From contig CAWFJP010000005.1 of NCBI GenBank assembly GCA_963816145.1, positions 288,001 to 352,000 of the forward strand: DNA of 64,000 nucleotides. Direction: 5' to 3'. The notes under the pieces were generated by a model, which made no database searches, was not told the origin of the DNA, and saw only the letters and a list, made by a program, of their open reading frames with translations. The position numbers and the translations under genes were made by a program. Position 1 is the first letter of the stretch; every line of letters starts with the position of its first letter. Shown here in pieces: positions 1 to 11,372 of the stretch. The stretch is from an uncultured delta proteobacterium. Lineage in GTDB: Bacteria > Desulfobacterota > Binatia > UBA9968.

Positions 1-246
1 CACCCGGTCGGCGTGAGCCTGCTTCTTGGCGCGGTCGATCTCGAGATCGCTCATGACGATGTGGCGATGGTTCTTGTGCTCAAAGAAAATAAACGGATCG
101 GGCACGAAGAAGCCGGTGGCGTAAAGCATGTTGGCGTCGCCTTCGCTGGCGGCGTAAAGCAAGATCGCCTGATTCGGTTTAAGCTGGATCGGTTGCAGCA
201 CCGGCCCGCTCGAGATGTTTTGCGGCTTTGGATTCGCTTCGAGCAT
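1..246 (-). CDS. Xaa-Pro aminopeptidase (M24) family protein, N-terminal part (runs off window)
   Basis: Manual translation from ATG at 246: ...AILLYAASEGDANMLYATGFFVPDPFIFFEHKNHRHIVMSDLEIDRAKKQAHADRV, resembling the creatinase/aminopeptidase P N-domain. Not in the ORF track because its stop lies outside the window. Confidence 0.7.
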   Translation of the reverse strand, partial: MLEANPKPQNISSGPVLQPIQLKPNQAILLYAASEGDANMLYATGFFVPDPFIFFEHKNHRHIVMSDLEIDRAKKQAHADRV

Positions 247-357
247 GATAGTTGTCGCGCCTCGATTCGTCGTGGTTATGATTTTCTTGCGGCTTCATCA
301 CGCTAACAAGTTGATGCTGGAACTGCAAGTTTTTCCCCGTGAATTCGCGCGATTGAG

Positions 358-385
358 TTGACAGTCAGACGACTTTTGTTATGAT
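358..385 (+). promoter_or_regulatory. sigma70-type promoter of the acyl-CoA carboxylase operon
   Basis: TTGACA (358-363), 16-nt spacer, TG-n-TATGAT (380-385). Confidence 0.6.
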
Positions 386-439
386 GCCGCCACTCGCTGG
401 CGAAACTATTTTGCTTTCGCGCCTAAGGAATTTCTCTCG

Positions 440-1990
440 ATGACGATAGCCAACAATCTCGACAAGCTCCGCGAACTCAACGACAAGGCCGAAGCCGGCG
501 GCGGCGCCGAACGGGCGCGCCGGCAGCATGAACAGGGCAAGCTTTTGGCGCGCGAGCGTCTCGACATTCTGCTTGACAGCGGCAGTTTTGTCGAGATCGA
601 CCGTTTGCGCACGCACCACAGCACCGACTTCGGTCTCGATAAACAAAAATTTTTAGGCGACGCTGTCGTCACCGGCTATGGCGCTATCGACGGACGGCTC
701 GTCTATGCTTACTCGCAGGACTTCACCGTCTTCGGAGGCAGCTTGAGCCGGGTGGTTGCCGACAAAATCTGCAAGGTCATGGACATGGCGGTGAAGAATG
801 GCGCACCGCTCATCGGTATCAACGACTCCGGCGGCGCGCGCATTCAAGAAGGTGTCGATAGTCTTGCCGGTTACGGCGATATTTTCCAGCGCAACGTCAT
901 GGCATCCGGCGTCGTGCCGCAAATCACAGCGATCATGGGACCGTGCGCCGGCGGCGCCGTCTATTCGCCGGCGATCACCGACTTTATCTTTATGTGCAAG
1001 ACGAACAGCTACATGTTCATTACCGGTCCGGACGTGATCAAGACGGTGACCCATGAAGAGGTGACCAAAGAAGATCTGGGCGGTGCGGAAACCCACACGG
1101 GGAAGAGCGGCGTGGCCCATTTCACCGCCAATACGGAAAAGGACTGCTTGCTGATGATCCGTGAGTTGGTCAGCTTTCTGCCCAGCAATAATCAGGAAGA
1201 TCCGCCGTTCCGGCCGACCCATGACGATCCGCTGCGGCGCGACAAGCGGCTCAAAGACATTATCCCCGACAATCCCAACCGTCCCTACGACATGAAAGAG
1301 TTGATCGCCGCGGTGGTGGACGAGGGGTATTTCTACGAGGTTCAACCGGAGTTCGCTCGCAATATCCTCATCGGTTTCGCCCATGTCGGCGGGCGATCCA
1401 TCGGCATTGTCGCTAATCAGCCGAATCACTTGGCCGGCTGTTTGGATATCAACGCTTCGGTGAAGGCGGCGCGCTTCATTCGCTTCTGCGATTGTTTCAA
1501 TATTCCGATCGTCACTTTTGTCGACGTGCCGGGTTTCTTGCCAGGAACCGAGCAGGAATATCACGGGATTATCCGTCATGGCGCGAAGTTACTTTACGCC
1601 TACGCCGAAGCGACTGTGCCCAAGGTTACCATCGTCACGCGTAAAGCCTATGGCGGTGGCTACATCGTCATGGCGAGCAAGCATCTGCGCGGCGATGTCA
1701 ATTTAGTTTATCCCACCGGCGAGATCGCCGTCATGGGTCCGGATGGAGCGATTAACATCGTTTTCCGCGATGCTCTCCTGAAATCGGCCGATACGGCCAG
1801 GACCCGCGACGAGTTGGTGAACAATTATCGCGAAACCTTCGCCAATCCTTTCAAAGCCGCGGAGTCAGGCTACGTCGATGGGATCGTTTACCCCGAAGAG
1901 ACCCGGCCGACATTGATCCGCGCCTTGGAAATGCTTAAGAACAAGCAAGATCACAATCCGCCCAAAAAACATGGGAATATTCCACTTTAA
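440..1990 (+). CDS. pccB: acyl-CoA (propionyl-CoA) carboxylase carboxyltransferase beta subunit
   Basis: Motifs [47 protein letters not shown] and C-terminal KKHGNIPL. Confidence 0.93.
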   Translation: MTIANNLDKLRELNDKAEAGGGAERARRQHEQGKLLARERLDILLDSGSFVEIDRLRTHHSTDFGLDKQKFLGDAVVTGYGAIDGRLVYAYSQDFTVFGGSLSRVVADKICKVMDMAVKNGAPLIGINDSGGARIQEGVDSLAGYGDIFQRNVMASGVVPQITAIMGPCAGGAVYSPAITDFIFMCKTNSYMFITGPDVIKTVTHEEVTKEDLGGAETHTGKSGVAHFTANTEKDCLLMIRELVSFLPSNNQEDPPFRPTHDDPLRRDKRLKDIIPDNPNRPYDMKELIAAVVDEGYFYEVQPEFARNILIGFAHVGGRSIGIVANQPNHLAGCLDINASVKAARFIRFCDCFNIPIVTFVDVPGFLPGTEQEYHGIIRHGAKLLYAYAEATVPKVTIVTRKAYGGGYIVMASKHLRGDVNLVYPTGEIAVMGPDGAINIVFRDALLKSADTARTRDELVNNYRETFANPFKAAESGYVDGIVYPEETRPTLIRALEMLKNKQDHNPPKKHGNIPL

Positions 1991-1993
1991 AGA

Positions 1994-2091
1994 AGGCACG
2001 AGGCTTGAGGCGCGAGTAAGAATATTAGGAGCACGGATTTTTTCCGATTTATCTTACTCACGCCTTACGCCTCTCGACTCATGCCTAGCCT
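1994..2091. repeat. 7-nt-periodic inverted repeat element (AGGCNNG)n...(CNNGCCT)n
   Basis: aggcacg aggcttg aggcgcg agtaaga ... tcttact cacgcct tacgcct ctcgact catgcct, between pccB and accC. Confidence 0.65.
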
Positions 2092-2094
2092 CTA

Positions 2095-3627
2095 ATGTTT
2101 AAGCGAATCCTCATTGCCAATCGTGGCGAGATCGCAGTGCGCATTGCGCGGGCTTGCCGCGAGCTCGATATTGAATCGATCGCGGTTTATTCGGAAGCCG
2201 ATCGCGAGTCGCTGCATGTCAAATACGCCGACTATGCTTACGCCATAGGCCCGGCGCCGTCGGTGCAGAGTTATCTGGTCATCGATCGGATCATCGATGT
2301 CTGCAAGACGAGCGGCGCCGAGGCTGTGCATCCGGGATACGGATTCTTGGCGGAGAATGCGAAGTTCGCGCAACGCTGCAAAGACGAAGGCATCGTCTTC
2401 ATCGGTCCGTCGCCCGAAGTCATCGATCAAATGGGCGACAAGGTCAAAGCCCGCCAAATCATGAAAGCCGCCGGCGTGCCCGTCGTGCCGGGTTCCGACG
2501 GCATTCTGACTTCCGAAGAGGAAGTGCTCCAGACCATGGAAGCGATCGGCTATCCCTGCATGTTGAAAGCGGTGGCCGGCGGCGGCGGTAAAGGGCTCCG
2601 ATTGGTGCGCTCGCGGCGCGAGGTGTCGTCGGCCTATCGCGCGGTTGGCTCGGAAGCCAAATCTTCCTTCGGCGATGCTCGCCTCTACGTTGAAAAATTC
2701 ATCGTCAAGCCGCGTCACGTTGAGATCCAAGTCCTGGCCGACAGTTATGGCCGCGTTATCCACCTTTACGACCGCGAGTGTTCGATCCAGCGGCGCCACC
2801 AAAAAGTCATCGAAGAATCGCCCGCCCCAGGGCTGGAAGACCGCACGCGGCGGCGCATCGACCGGATCGCCATTCAAGGCGCCCGCGCGGTCGGTTATGT
2901 CGGCGCTGGGACGCTGGAGTTCCTCCTCGATAGCGAGCAGAATTTTTATTTCTTGGAAATGAACACCCGGCTGCAAGTCGAGCATGCGGTGACTGAGCGG
3001 GTGGTCGGTATCGACTTGGTCAAGGCGCAGATCGAAATAGCCGCCGGCGGCTATTTGCCTTGGCGCCAGCGCCATATTACTCAGACCGGCCACGCCATCG
3101 AATGCCGGATTTACGCCGAAGACCCCGAGCGCGATTTCATGCCATGCCCTGGCCGCATCGAAGGTTTGCGTCTGCCCGAAGGGCTGGGTTTGCGCAACGA
3201 CAACGGTGTCTATGAAGGCGCCGAGGTGTCGATCTATTACGATCCGATGATCGCTAAGCTGATTACCTGGGGTGAGAATCGCGTCGAAGCAATTCTGCGC
3301 ATGCGCCGGGCGCTGCGCGAATATCAAGTGCGCGGCATCAAAACCAACATCTCGTTTCTTCAGTGGATCTTGCGCCATCCCCGGTTTATGTCCGGTGACT
3401 TCAATACCGGGTTTATCGACGAAGAGTTCAATCCCAAGGCCAACGAAGAGGTCTATCCACATAAGGAGATCGCGCTCGCTTCGGCGGCGATCGCGGCGAT
3501 GCACAGCGAACATGAACGTACCTTGGGTTTGCTCGCAAAAGGCGCAGCCGAACCGTCCAAGTGGCGCCAGCAGCGCGCTTCGTTGCGCCGTTTCGCCGCG
3601 CCGGGCAACCGCGGTTGGCGGCGTTAG
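2095..3627 (+). CDS. accC: biotin carboxylase subunit (AccC/PccA N-part)
   Basis: Motifs ILIANRGEIA, HPGYGFLAEN, GGGGKG, RECSIQRRHQK, FLEMNTRLQVEH, YDPMIAKL. Confidence 0.93.
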   Translation: MFKRILIANRGEIAVRIARACRELDIESIAVYSEADRESLHVKYADYAYAIGPAPSVQSYLVIDRIIDVCKTSGAEAVHPGYGFLAENAKFAQRCKDEGIVFIGPSPEVIDQMGDKVKARQIMKAAGVPVVPGSDGILTSEEEVLQTMEAIGYPCMLKAVAGGGGKGLRLVRSRREVSSAYRAVGSEAKSSFGDARLYVEKFIVKPRHVEIQVLADSYGRVIHLYDRECSIQRRHQKVIEESPAPGLEDRTRRRIDRIAIQGARAVGYVGAGTLEFLLDSEQNFYFLEMNTRLQVEHAVTERVVGIDLVKAQIEIAAGGYLPWRQRHITQTGHAIECRIYAEDPERDFMPCPGRIEGLRLPEGLGLRNDNGVYEGAEVSIYYDPMIAKLITWGENRVEAILRMRRALREYQVRGIKTNISFLQWILRHPRFMSGDFNTGFIDEEFNPKANEEVYPHKEIALASAAIAAMHSEHERTLGLLAKGAAEPSKWRQQRASLRRFAAPGNRGWRR

Positions 3628-3638
3628 AGTTTGAGACC

Positions 3639-4142
3639 ATGGCGTTTATCGGCAAGCTCGGCGATCAAAGCTTTACCGTAGAAATCGAGGAAACCGGCAA
3701 GTCAGTCTACCGGGTATCGGTGGACGGCAATGAGTTCGTCGTCGACGGCAAAAAAACCGGCCGAACTAATTATTCGCTGATCGTCGGCAGCCGCTCCTTC
3801 GAGATCGAGGTCGACAACACCGACGATGAGTACCGGGTGCTTGTCGACGGGCGCAATTACCATATTAACCTCGTCGATGAGCGGCGTATGCGCGTCGGCG
3901 GCACCCAGGGCGGCCTTGAACTCCAAGGCCGGCAAAAGGTTTCGGTGCCGATGCCAGGCAAAGTGATCGCCGTCTTGGTCTCCGAGGGCGACCAAGTTGA
4001 AAAGGGCCAGGGACTGGTGATCGTCGAAGCGATGAAGATGGAAAACGAAGTGCATAGTCCCATCGCTGGCGAAATCAAAGAGATCAAGGTGAAGCCGGGG
4101 GATACCGTTGAAGGTGGCGCGCTGCTGGTTGTTGTGGAGTAG
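3639..4142 (+). CDS. biotin carboxyl carrier protein with N-terminal BT-like domain
   Basis: EAMKM biotinylation motif and PMPGKV. Start chosen at ATG 3639 (MAFIGK), after the accC stop. Confidence 0.9.
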   Translation: MAFIGKLGDQSFTVEIEETGKSVYRVSVDGNEFVVDGKKTGRTNYSLIVGSRSFEIEVDNTDDEYRVLVDGRNYHINLVDERRMRVGGTQGGLELQGRQKVSVPMPGKVIAVLVSEGDQVEKGQGLVIVEAMKMENEVHSPIAGEIKEIKVKPGDTVEGGALLVVVE

Positions 4143-4212
4143 TCAGGATCTCACGTAAATTCCCCCGAGTGAATCTTGTCAGCTTAAAACTTTCGTGTTA
4201 TAGCAGCGCACG

Positions 4213-4764
4213 ATGATTCCGAAAAAGTGTTTTTTTACCAAAGGTGTCGGCGTCCACAAAGAAAAGTTGGCGTCGTTCGAGTTGGCGTTGCGGCAAGCCG
4301 GTCTGGCTTATTGCAACTTGGTATTGGTGTCGAGCATCTTTCCGCCTTACTGCAAACGGCTTTCCAAGGAAGAAGGGGCGAAGCTGCTCCGACCCGGTGA
4401 GGTTGTGTTCAGCGTCTACGACCGCGAGAGCACCAACGAGCCCAATCGCCTGGTGGCCGCCTCGGTGGGTGTGGCGATTCCGTCGGATGAGAGCCAATAC
4501 GGTTATCTGTCGGAGCATCACTCTTTCGGCGAGACCGACGAAAAGGCGGGCGACTATGCCGAGGATCTCGCCGCCAGCATGTTGGCGACGACTCTGGGTA
4601 TCGAGTTCAATCCCGACACCGCCTGGGACGAGCGCGAGCAGCTTTTCAAAATGTCTGAGAAAATCGTCCGTACTTCCAACATCACGCAATCCGCCATCGG
4701 CAACAAAGACGGCTTGTGGACCACCGTGTTTGCCGCCTGCGCGTTTATCAACGACGATAACTAG
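4213..4764 (+). CDS. pdaD: pyruvoyl-dependent arginine decarboxylase (PdaD/AaxB family)
   Basis: [21 protein letters not shown] (Ser-Ser autocleavage site), [22 protein letters not shown]. Confidence 0.9.
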   Translation: MIPKKCFFTKGVGVHKEKLASFELALRQAGLAYCNLVLVSSIFPPYCKRLSKEEGAKLLRPGEVVFSVYDRESTNEPNRLVAASVGVAIPSDESQYGYLSEHHSFGETDEKAGDYAEDLAASMLATTLGIEFNPDTAWDEREQLFKMSEKIVRTSNITQSAIGNKDGLWTTVFAACAFINDDN

Positions 4765-4791
4765 ACTTAAATTCTGACTCTGAAAGAAAGC

Positions 4792-4822
4792 AGGGCGCTC
4801 CCTTTGGAGTCGCCCTTTTTTG
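4792..4822 (+). terminator. rho-independent terminator after pdaD
   Basis: agggcgctcc-cttt-ggagtcgccct hairpin followed by a T-run. Confidence 0.7.
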
Positions 4823-5061
4823 TTTTCCATTCCGCAACTGGCAGTCTGCGGCGGTGCGAGACGCCATCTGTCTGTCGGGAAGACAATAACTAGTTGGTGC
4901 CCCGAAGCAAAAGAACGCTCAGCGTTGCTATGCGACCCTTTTCGAATGAAGAGCACGGCGGTGCCAAGCGCAGCGATAGACTTTGCAACCGCAGGGATGG
5001 GTGGCTTATCGATTCGCGCCGCGCGCGGCCGGTGGTGATTCTGCAATTGCAGAAGTGGAGC

Positions 5062-5835
5062 TTATTTCGCCGCCCGTTCCAACCGGTTCATCCGAAAGCG
5101 CGCCAAGTAGGCGACGGCGATACTCAAGAGATAGAGTCCAAACAACGGCACCATCAGCAAGATTTGCGAGACTAGGTCGGGCGGTGTCAGGATCGCCGCT
5201 AGGAGCGCGATGGCGATCAGAGCGTAGCGGCTGTGACGGATCAAGAAGCGATGGTCGATCAGGCCGACCCGTGCGGTGAAAAACGCGACCACCGGCAGTT
5301 CGAACATGGCGCCGGTCACCAACACCATGCGCGATACCGTCGACAGGTAATCGCCGACTTGCAGCATCGGCTTGACGCCGATGACCTCGTAGCGGTGCAG
5401 CATGAAGCTCAATCCTTGTTGGATCAATATGACATAACAAAAGGCCACGCCGGCGCAGAAGAATAGCGAGCCGGCAAAGACGAAGCTACGCGTGTAGCGC
5501 TTCTCATGTTCATAGAGACCGGGAGCGACGAATTGCCAGCCCTGCCACAGGAGCACCGGCAGAGCGACGACCAAGGCGGCGACGAAACCAATTTTCATTT
5601 TGGTAAAGAATGCCTCGGTCACCGCGGTGCCGATCAAGGTCAGTCCCTCGATCTTTAGTCGGCGCAGCGGCGCCGCGAGCACCGCAAAGATCGCATCGAC
5701 GTAGTAGAAGCAGCCGAGGAAAGCGATGGCGACGGCGAGAACGGATTTGATTAACCGCGCGCGCAACTCTCCCAGGTGGGAGGTGAAGGGCATTTGAACG
5801 TCGGCGGGCTGCCCATTGCCTTCTGGCATCGTCAC
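5062..5835 (-). CDS. tatC: twin-arginine translocase subunit TatC
   Basis: [39 protein letters not shown] and multiple TM helices. Confidence 0.95.
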   Translation of the reverse strand: MTMPEGNGQPADVQMPFTSHLGELRARLIKSVLAVAIAFLGCFYYVDAIFAVLAAPLRRLKIEGLTLIGTAVTEAFFTKMKIGFVAALVVALPVLLWQGWQFVAPGLYEHEKRYTRSFVFAGSLFFCAGVAFCYVILIQQGLSFMLHRYEVIGVKPMLQVGDYLSTVSRMVLVTGAMFELPVVAFFTARVGLIDHRFLIRHSRYALIAIALLAAILTPPDLVSQILLMVPLFGLYLLSIAVAYLARFRMNRLERAAK

Positions 5836-6110
5836 TTTTTCTCTGCGGTGTCGGGATTCGCATCCGGCGGGGATGTTCCCGGGGCTTGAGCGACCCGGGA
5901 ATCCTCTGTTGGTGGAATAGTCGGGGATTCAGGATTGTCGAGATCCGCCTCGACTTTGCGAAACTCATCTTTGAGCTCATCGGTGGCGCGGCGAAATTCG
6001 GCCAACCCTTTGCCCAAAGTCTTGGCGAGCTCGGGCAGCTTCTTGGGGCCCAGGACGATCAAGGCCAGTCCCAAGATCAATAGTAATTCCGGCATGCCGA
6101 TGCCAAACAT
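5832..6110 (-). CDS. twin-arginine translocase TatA/TatB family subunit
   Basis: [42 protein letters not shown], overlapping the tatC start. Confidence 0.92.
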   Translation of the reverse strand: MFGIGMPELLLILGLALIVLGPKKLPELAKTLGKGLAEFRRATDELKDEFRKVEADLDNPESPTIPPTEDSRVAQAPGTSPPDANPDTAEKK

Positions 6111-6330
6111 ATAGCTAAACTAAGCGATTTCACGCAGCTCCGCAAGATTGCGCTATGGTTAACGTTAGCTTCGACCTGGTGCACAGAGCAGGGCGTGCTT
6201 TCTTGCCGCGCTCGAATTGACAGGTAGATGATAGTGCCTTGTCATCCCGAGTGGAGCGACAGGTCCCGGCCGCGAGGAGTCACGTTCAAATCGCTTTGCA
6301 GCGCCTCGGCGTCGGTGTTAGGTTCTCCCT

Positions 6331-7359
6331 ATGGCTAAGACGGCGGTCGTGGTCGATAAAGAGTATTTGAAGCACCAGCCGGGAGATGCTCATCCGGAGA
6401 GGCCCGAGCGGATCAAAGTCTTGCTGGATTTGGCCGAGAGTCTCGATCCCGCCAGGTTCCAATTATTGCCGCCGATGCCGGCTCAACGTGCCGACATCGA
6501 AGCAACCCATGGCAAAGATCACGTCAAGTTGATCGAATCGACGGCGCGACATAATCGCTACGCCTTGGACGGCGACACCATCACTTGCCGCGATTCGTTT
6601 GCTGTCAGCTTGCTCGCGGTGGGAGGATTCATTCGTTTGCTCGATGCCGTCGCCGTACAGGATTGCCGGAACGGTTTTGCTCTGGTGCGACCGCCGGGCC
6701 ATCACGCGTTGCGCAACCGCGCCATGGGATTTTGTCTGTTTAACACGATGGCGATCGGCGCCGAGTATTTGAAGCGCGCTCATGGCGTCAAGAAAATTCT
6801 CATCATGGATTGGGATGTGCACCACGGTAACGGCACTCAAGATGCTTTTTACGCCGATCCTTCGGTGATGTTCATTTCGACCCATCAGTATCCTTTCTAT
6901 CCCGGCAGCGGCGCGGCCAACGAAACCGGCAGCGGCGCCGGCGAAGGCGTTACCATCAATATCCCGCTGCCCGCTGGTTGCGCCGATGCCGAGTATGCCC
7001 AGGTGTTTCACGATATCATTGTGCCGGCGGCGGAAAAATTTGTGCCGGATTGGATCCTGGTTTCCGCCGGTTTCGATCCGCACCGGCGCGATCCGCTGGG
7101 CGGCATGGGCGTCACCGACGAAGGGTTCGCACTGATGGCGCGCCGTTTACTCGCGCTCGCCGAGAAATTCACTGATGCCAAGATCGCTTTTCTGCTCGAA
7201 GGCGGGTACGATCTTGCCGGCCTGCGCGGTTCGGTGGCGGCGGTGCTCGATACTATGCAATCGGGGGGAGCGGCGGCGCCCGACGCGCCCAGGTTGAACG
7301 ACAGTCGGATCGCGCCGCTAATTCGCCACATTCAACAGCTTCATGAACGATATCGATAG
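6331..7359 (+). CDS. histone deacetylase family (Zn-dependent amidohydrolase) protein
   Basis: Motifs HPERPER, RPPGHHA, GFCLFN, DWDVHHGNGTQ, SAGFD, LEGGY. Confidence 0.93.
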   Translation: MAKTAVVVDKEYLKHQPGDAHPERPERIKVLLDLAESLDPARFQLLPPMPAQRADIEATHGKDHVKLIESTARHNRYALDGDTITCRDSFAVSLLAVGGFIRLLDAVAVQDCRNGFALVRPPGHHALRNRAMGFCLFNTMAIGAEYLKRAHGVKKILIMDWDVHHGNGTQDAFYADPSVMFISTHQYPFYPGSGAANETGSGAGEGVTINIPLPAGCADAEYAQVFHDIIVPAAEKFVPDWILVSAGFDPHRRDPLGGMGVTDEGFALMARRLLALAEKFTDAKIAFLLEGGYDLAGLRGSVAAVLDTMQSGGAAAPDAPRLNDSRIAPLIRHIQQLHERYR

Positions 7360-7436
7360 CTTGGATATCCTATTGATTCACCGGAAACTCTCCATTATCG
7401 TGAAGTTTCAAATCCTTCAAAGATTGGTTAAGCATC

Positions 7437-8687
7437 GTGAATACAACTGAACCACACAGAGTTGTTGTGACCGGCATTGGTCTGGTCACGCCATTGGGAA
7501 CCGGAGTCGACAAGAACTGGGACGCCTTGATGGCGGGCCGCTCCGGCATTCGCAAGATCAGCCGTTTTAACGCCGAGGCTTTTGCGTCACGTATTGCCGG
7601 CGAAGTGCCGGACTTCAAAGCCGACGATTACATCGAACCGAAAGAGATCAAGAAAATGGATCTCTTCATTCAGTACGCCATGGGCGCCACGGCGCAGGCG
7701 ATGGCCGACAGCGGTCTCAAAATCGAGGGCGAATTCGCCGAGAACGTCGGCGTCATCATCGGTGTCGGCATGAATGGCCTCGATACCCTTGAAACTACTA
7801 AAGAGGCGCTGATGGCGGGCGGGCCGCGCAAGATATCGCCGTTTTTCATTCCGAAAGTTATCTCGAACCTCGCCCCCGGCCATGTGGCGATTCGTTACGG
7901 CGCCAAGGGCATCAATTTCACGCCAACTTCGGCTTGCGCTTCGGGCAACCACGCGATCGGCGAGGCCTATCACATGATTCGCCGCGGTTTGCAGGACGCA
8001 GTGATCGCCGGCGGCGCTGAGGCGGCGATCACGCCTTTGGGGGTGGGCGGTTTCGCCGCCATGAAAGCGCTCTCGACGCGCAACGACGAGCCCGAGCGTG
8101 CCAGCCGGCCGTTCGATAAAGAACGCGATGGTTTTGTCATCGGCGAGGGTTCCGGCATCTTGATTCTCGAAGAGCGCGAGCACGCGCTCCAGCGCGGCGC
8201 CAAGATCTACGCCGAAGTGATCGGTTACGCGGCCAACGGCGATGCGCATCATATGACCGCGCCAGCGCCCAACGGCGAAGGCGCGGCGCGCTGCATGCGC
8301 TTGGCCTTGAAAGACGCCGGCATCGCGCCGAGCGGTGTGAGTTACATCAACGCCCATGGCACCTCCACGGAATATAACGACGCCAACGAAACCACGGCGA
8401 TCAAGACGGTCTTTGGCGAGGCGGCGGCCAAGCTGGCGGTGAGCTCGACCAAATCGATGACCGGACATTTGCTCGGTGCCGCCGGGGCGGTGGAAGGCGT
8501 CTTCTCGACGCTGGCGCTGCATCACGGCATGCTGCCGCCGACGATCAATTATGAAAATCCCGATCCCGCTTGCGATCTGGACTATGTCCCCAATCAGGCC
8601 CGCAAGGCCGATGTGAAAGTGGTATTGTCCAACTCCTTCGGATTTGGCGGCACCAATGCTTGTGTGATTTTCGGGAGGTGTGCATGA
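7437..8687 (+). CDS. fabF: beta-ketoacyl-ACP synthase II
   Basis: Motifs VVVTGIG, SACASG (catalytic Cys), [29 protein letters not shown]. Confidence 0.95.
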   Translation: MNTTEPHRVVVTGIGLVTPLGTGVDKNWDALMAGRSGIRKISRFNAEAFASRIAGEVPDFKADDYIEPKEIKKMDLFIQYAMGATAQAMADSGLKIEGEFAENVGVIIGVGMNGLDTLETTKEALMAGGPRKISPFFIPKVISNLAPGHVAIRYGAKGINFTPTSACASGNHAIGEAYHMIRRGLQDAVIAGGAEAAITPLGVGGFAAMKALSTRNDEPERASRPFDKERDGFVIGEGSGILILEEREHALQRGAKIYAEVIGYAANGDAHHMTAPAPNGEGAARCMRLALKDAGIAPSGVSYINAHGTSTEYNDANETTAIKTVFGEAAAKLAVSSTKSMTGHLLGAAGAVEGVFSTLALHHGMLPPTINYENPDPACDLDYVPNQARKADVKVVLSNSFGFGGTNACVIFGRCA

Positions 8688-9676
8688 GCCGCTCCGAACG
8701 CCGCAGCGTGATTCTCGGTACCGGCTCCGAGATGCCGTCCAAGATTATCACCAACCATGATTTGGAGAAGGTGGTCGACACCAGCGATGAGTGGATCACC
8801 GTGCGCACCGGCATAAAAGAGCGGCGCGTCCTCGAAGACGGCAAGGGCAACGCCGACATGGCCTATGAAGCGGCAAAACGCGCCCTTGACGACGCCCATG
8901 TCGATGCCAAGGATCTCGACGCCATCATTATGGGCACGGTTTCCGCGGACTATCCGTTTCCGAGTTCCGCTTGTGTGCTCGAAGACAAGCTTGGGGCGCG
9001 CAACGCATTTTCCTTCGACGTCGGCGCGGCATGTTCGGGTTTTATCAATGCGCTTGCGGTCGGCGATCTATACATTCGCAGCGGCAAGGTCAACAAAGCG
9101 CTCGTCGTTGGCTCCGATGTCTTGAGCCGCATGCTCAACTGGAAGGATCGCGGCACGTGCATACTCTTCGGCGACGGTGCCGGGGCGGTGGTGCTCGGCG
9201 CGTCCGAGAACGGTTCCGGGGTGCTGAGCACGAAGCTCCGTACCGACGGTTCGTACGCCAAGGCGCTTTACGTTCCCGCCGGCGGATCGCTCAAACCGCC
9301 CTGTCCGGAGACGGTTCGAAACAACGAGCACACGATCACGATGAACGGCAAAGAGGTGTTCAAGGTCGCCGTACGTTCCATGGAGGAGATCAGCCGGCAA
9401 GCCCTCGATGAAGCCGGCGTCACCATCGATCAAGTGGCGCTGGTCATCCCGCACCAAGCCAACAAGCGGATCATCGTCGCCCTCGCCGAGCGGCTCGGCG
9501 TGCCGATGGAAAAAGTGGTGGTCAATTTAGAAAAATACGGCAACACGTCCGCGGCATCGATCCCGGTCGCTCTCGATGAAGCCAAACGCGCCGGCCGCAT
9601 CCATCATGGCGATATTGTCCTGCTCAATGCCTTCGGCGCCGGATTCGCTTGGGGCGCGGCGGTGGTGAAGTTCTAA
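8684..9676 (+). CDS. fabH: beta-ketoacyl-ACP synthase III
   Basis: Motifs [45 protein letters not shown] overlap with the fabF stop. Confidence 0.95.
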   Translation: MSRSERRSVILGTGSEMPSKIITNHDLEKVVDTSDEWITVRTGIKERRVLEDGKGNADMAYEAAKRALDDAHVDAKDLDAIIMGTVSADYPFPSSACVLEDKLGARNAFSFDVGAACSGFINALAVGDLYIRSGKVNKALVVGSDVLSRMLNWKDRGTCILFGDGAGAVVLGASENGSGVLSTKLRTDGSYAKALYVPAGGSLKPPCPETVRNNEHTITMNGKEVFKVAVRSMEEISRQALDEAGVTIDQVALVIPHQANKRIIVALAERLGVPMEKVVVNLEKYGNTSAASIPVALDEAKRAGRIHHGDIVLLNAFGAGFAWGAAVVKF

Positions 9677-9742
9677 ATGGCCGCCCTAGGGCTCAAACCA
9701 TACCGCGACTGATGTCGCCCGGCCTAAGTGCAAGTACGTTTC

Positions 9743-9820
9743 GTCATTCCGGCGCAGGCCGGAATCCATCTTCACTTTCCTGTAAATCCACGAACCTGGA
9801 TACCGCTTTCGCGGGTATGA
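9743..9820. repeat. palindromic intergenic repeat, GTCATTCCGGC..GCCGGAATCCA family (copy 1)
   Basis: gtcattccggcgcaggccggaatcca ... tggataccgctttcgcgggtatga. Related copies at 15207-15308 and 18354-18419. Confidence 0.75.
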
Positions 9821-9875
9821 TTTGAGCAAGAGTTGGCCATTGAGTGGCGTCTTGGTGTCCGGCGGGCGTTCCAAT

Positions 9876-11225
9876 TCAGGTCTTCTGTTTGATCGTCTCA
9901 CTCACCTGACGGTGTAACTCACGCAGCGCATCGCTGTATTCGACCGGGTAGGCGGCGGGATTGCGAATGTCTTTGACGGCGTCGTCGAGGCGGTAAAATT
10001 CCTCGAGAAATCTTTCCCGCGAGGTTGTCAACGGCGGCGATTTCAGTGCGCGGCCGTTGTCCATGACCTTTTCGAGCAGCGGTTCGCTATCTGCGAGTTT
10101 TTCATCGCGTCGGCTGAGCACATCTTGGCGCAACTGTAGGCGGTCATTCAAACGGCGAAACACCTGCTTCTTTCCGGGCCAGGAAGTTTTCCCAGTGCTG
10201 AGTTTCTGCACGGGGCGGCCGGCGTATTCGACCATCTTGTAAGACATGTCGGTCCACGGTGCGTCGGCTGAGGTGCCCATCTTGGTGCCGACGCCGTAGC
10301 TGTCGAAGGGGATTTGCGCGGCGGAGAAGTCGGCGAGATCGTATTCATCTAGGCCGCCGCTGCCGAGAATTTTGACTTGTTGCAGCCCGGCATCGTCGAG
10401 GATTTGACGCACGGCGCGTGCCTGTGCCGGTAGATGGCCGCTATCGATACGCACGCCGATGAGCTTCTCGCCGCGCTCGGCTAGTTCCTTGCCGACGGTC
10501 GCGGCGTTACGCGCGCCAGCCACTGTGTCGTAGGTATCGATCAACAGGGTCGTGGCGCGCGGAAAGCTCTCGGCGTAGGCGCGGAAGGCGTCGATTTCAC
10601 GTTCGAAGCTCATGACGAACGAATGCGCCATGGTGCCGACGATGGGGACGGCGTAATTTTTTCCAGCCAAGACATTGCTTGTGCCCGCGAAGCCGGCGAG
10701 ATAGCTGGCGCGAGCCACTTTCATGCCGGCGTCGGTGCCGTGCGTCCGGCGCAGGGCGAAGTCGACGACCGGCCTGCCGGCGGCGGCATGGAGGCAACGA
10801 GCGGCTTTGGTGGCGATCAAGCTTTGCAGATGGATTTGATTAATGATGAAGGTTTCCGCGATCTGCGCTTGGATTACCGGCGCGGTGATCTCGAGCACCG
10901 GCTCGTCTATGAAAAACAACCGTCCTTCGGGGATCGCCCACACTTCGCCGGTGAATCTCACATCAACCAGGTAATGGAGAAAATCGTCGGTGAAAATCTT
11001 CTGCGCCGCAAGATAGTCGAGGGCCGCGTTATCGAAGGAGAAATTTTCCAAATAATCGAGCACATCAGACAGTCCGGCGGCGACGAAGTAGCCGCGGTTG
11101 GGCGGATAACTGCGGATGAATAGGCTGAAAGTCGCCTCGCTGAGCCGTTGCTCGCGGAAGTAGCCTTGAGCCATGGTGAGCTGGTAGAGGTCGGTGAGTA
11201 AGGTTAGATTTGCCTGGCCTTGCAT
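9876..11225 (-). CDS. pncB: nicotinate phosphoribosyltransferase
   Basis: Motifs LLTDLYQLTMAQGY, DFALRR, GTMAHSFV (phospho-His), LIDTYD, VRIDSG, GVGT. Start at MQGQAN. Confidence 0.93.
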   Translation of the reverse strand: MQGQANLTLLTDLYQLTMAQGYFREQRLSEATFSLFIRSYPPNRGYFVAAGLSDVLDYLENFSFDNAALDYLAAQKIFTDDFLHYLVDVRFTGEVWAIPEGRLFFIDEPVLEITAPVIQAQIAETFIINQIHLQSLIATKAARCLHAAAGRPVVDFALRRTHGTDAGMKVARASYLAGFAGTSNVLAGKNYAVPIVGTMAHSFVMSFEREIDAFRAYAESFPRATTLLIDTYDTVAGARNAATVGKELAERGEKLIGVRIDSGHLPAQARAVRQILDDAGLQQVKILGSGGLDEYDLADFSAAQIPFDSYGVGTKMGTSADAPWTDMSYKMVEYAGRPVQKLSTGKTSWPGKKQVFRRLNDRLQLRQDVLSRRDEKLADSEPLLEKVMDNGRALKSPPLTTSRERFLEEFYRLDDAVKDIRNPAAYPVEYSDALRELHRQVSETIKQKT

Positions 11226-11372
11226 AAATCTGATTCGCCTGCGATCGCTAGGCAATTCAATACCGGGATCGCGCCTCGCAGGCAAGCTACTCCTGTTGAT
11301 TTGTCGGGACTGTTTTGTTAAGAATTTCGTATAGGTTACAACTAATTAGCCATCGATTAGGAGGCATTATTA

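Noticed and set aside
2092-3513. Long antisense ORFs (e.g. 2092-3513, 653-1579, 7587-8525, 55393-56334, 59148-59993)
   Set aside because: Shadow frames of well-conserved genes in GC-rich DNA, with no recognisable motifs.
4823-5061. Small ORFs or an ncRNA between pdaD and tatC
   Set aside because: Only a short palindrome (ttctgcaattgcagaa); no SD-linked ORF with recognisable features and no structure I can assign.
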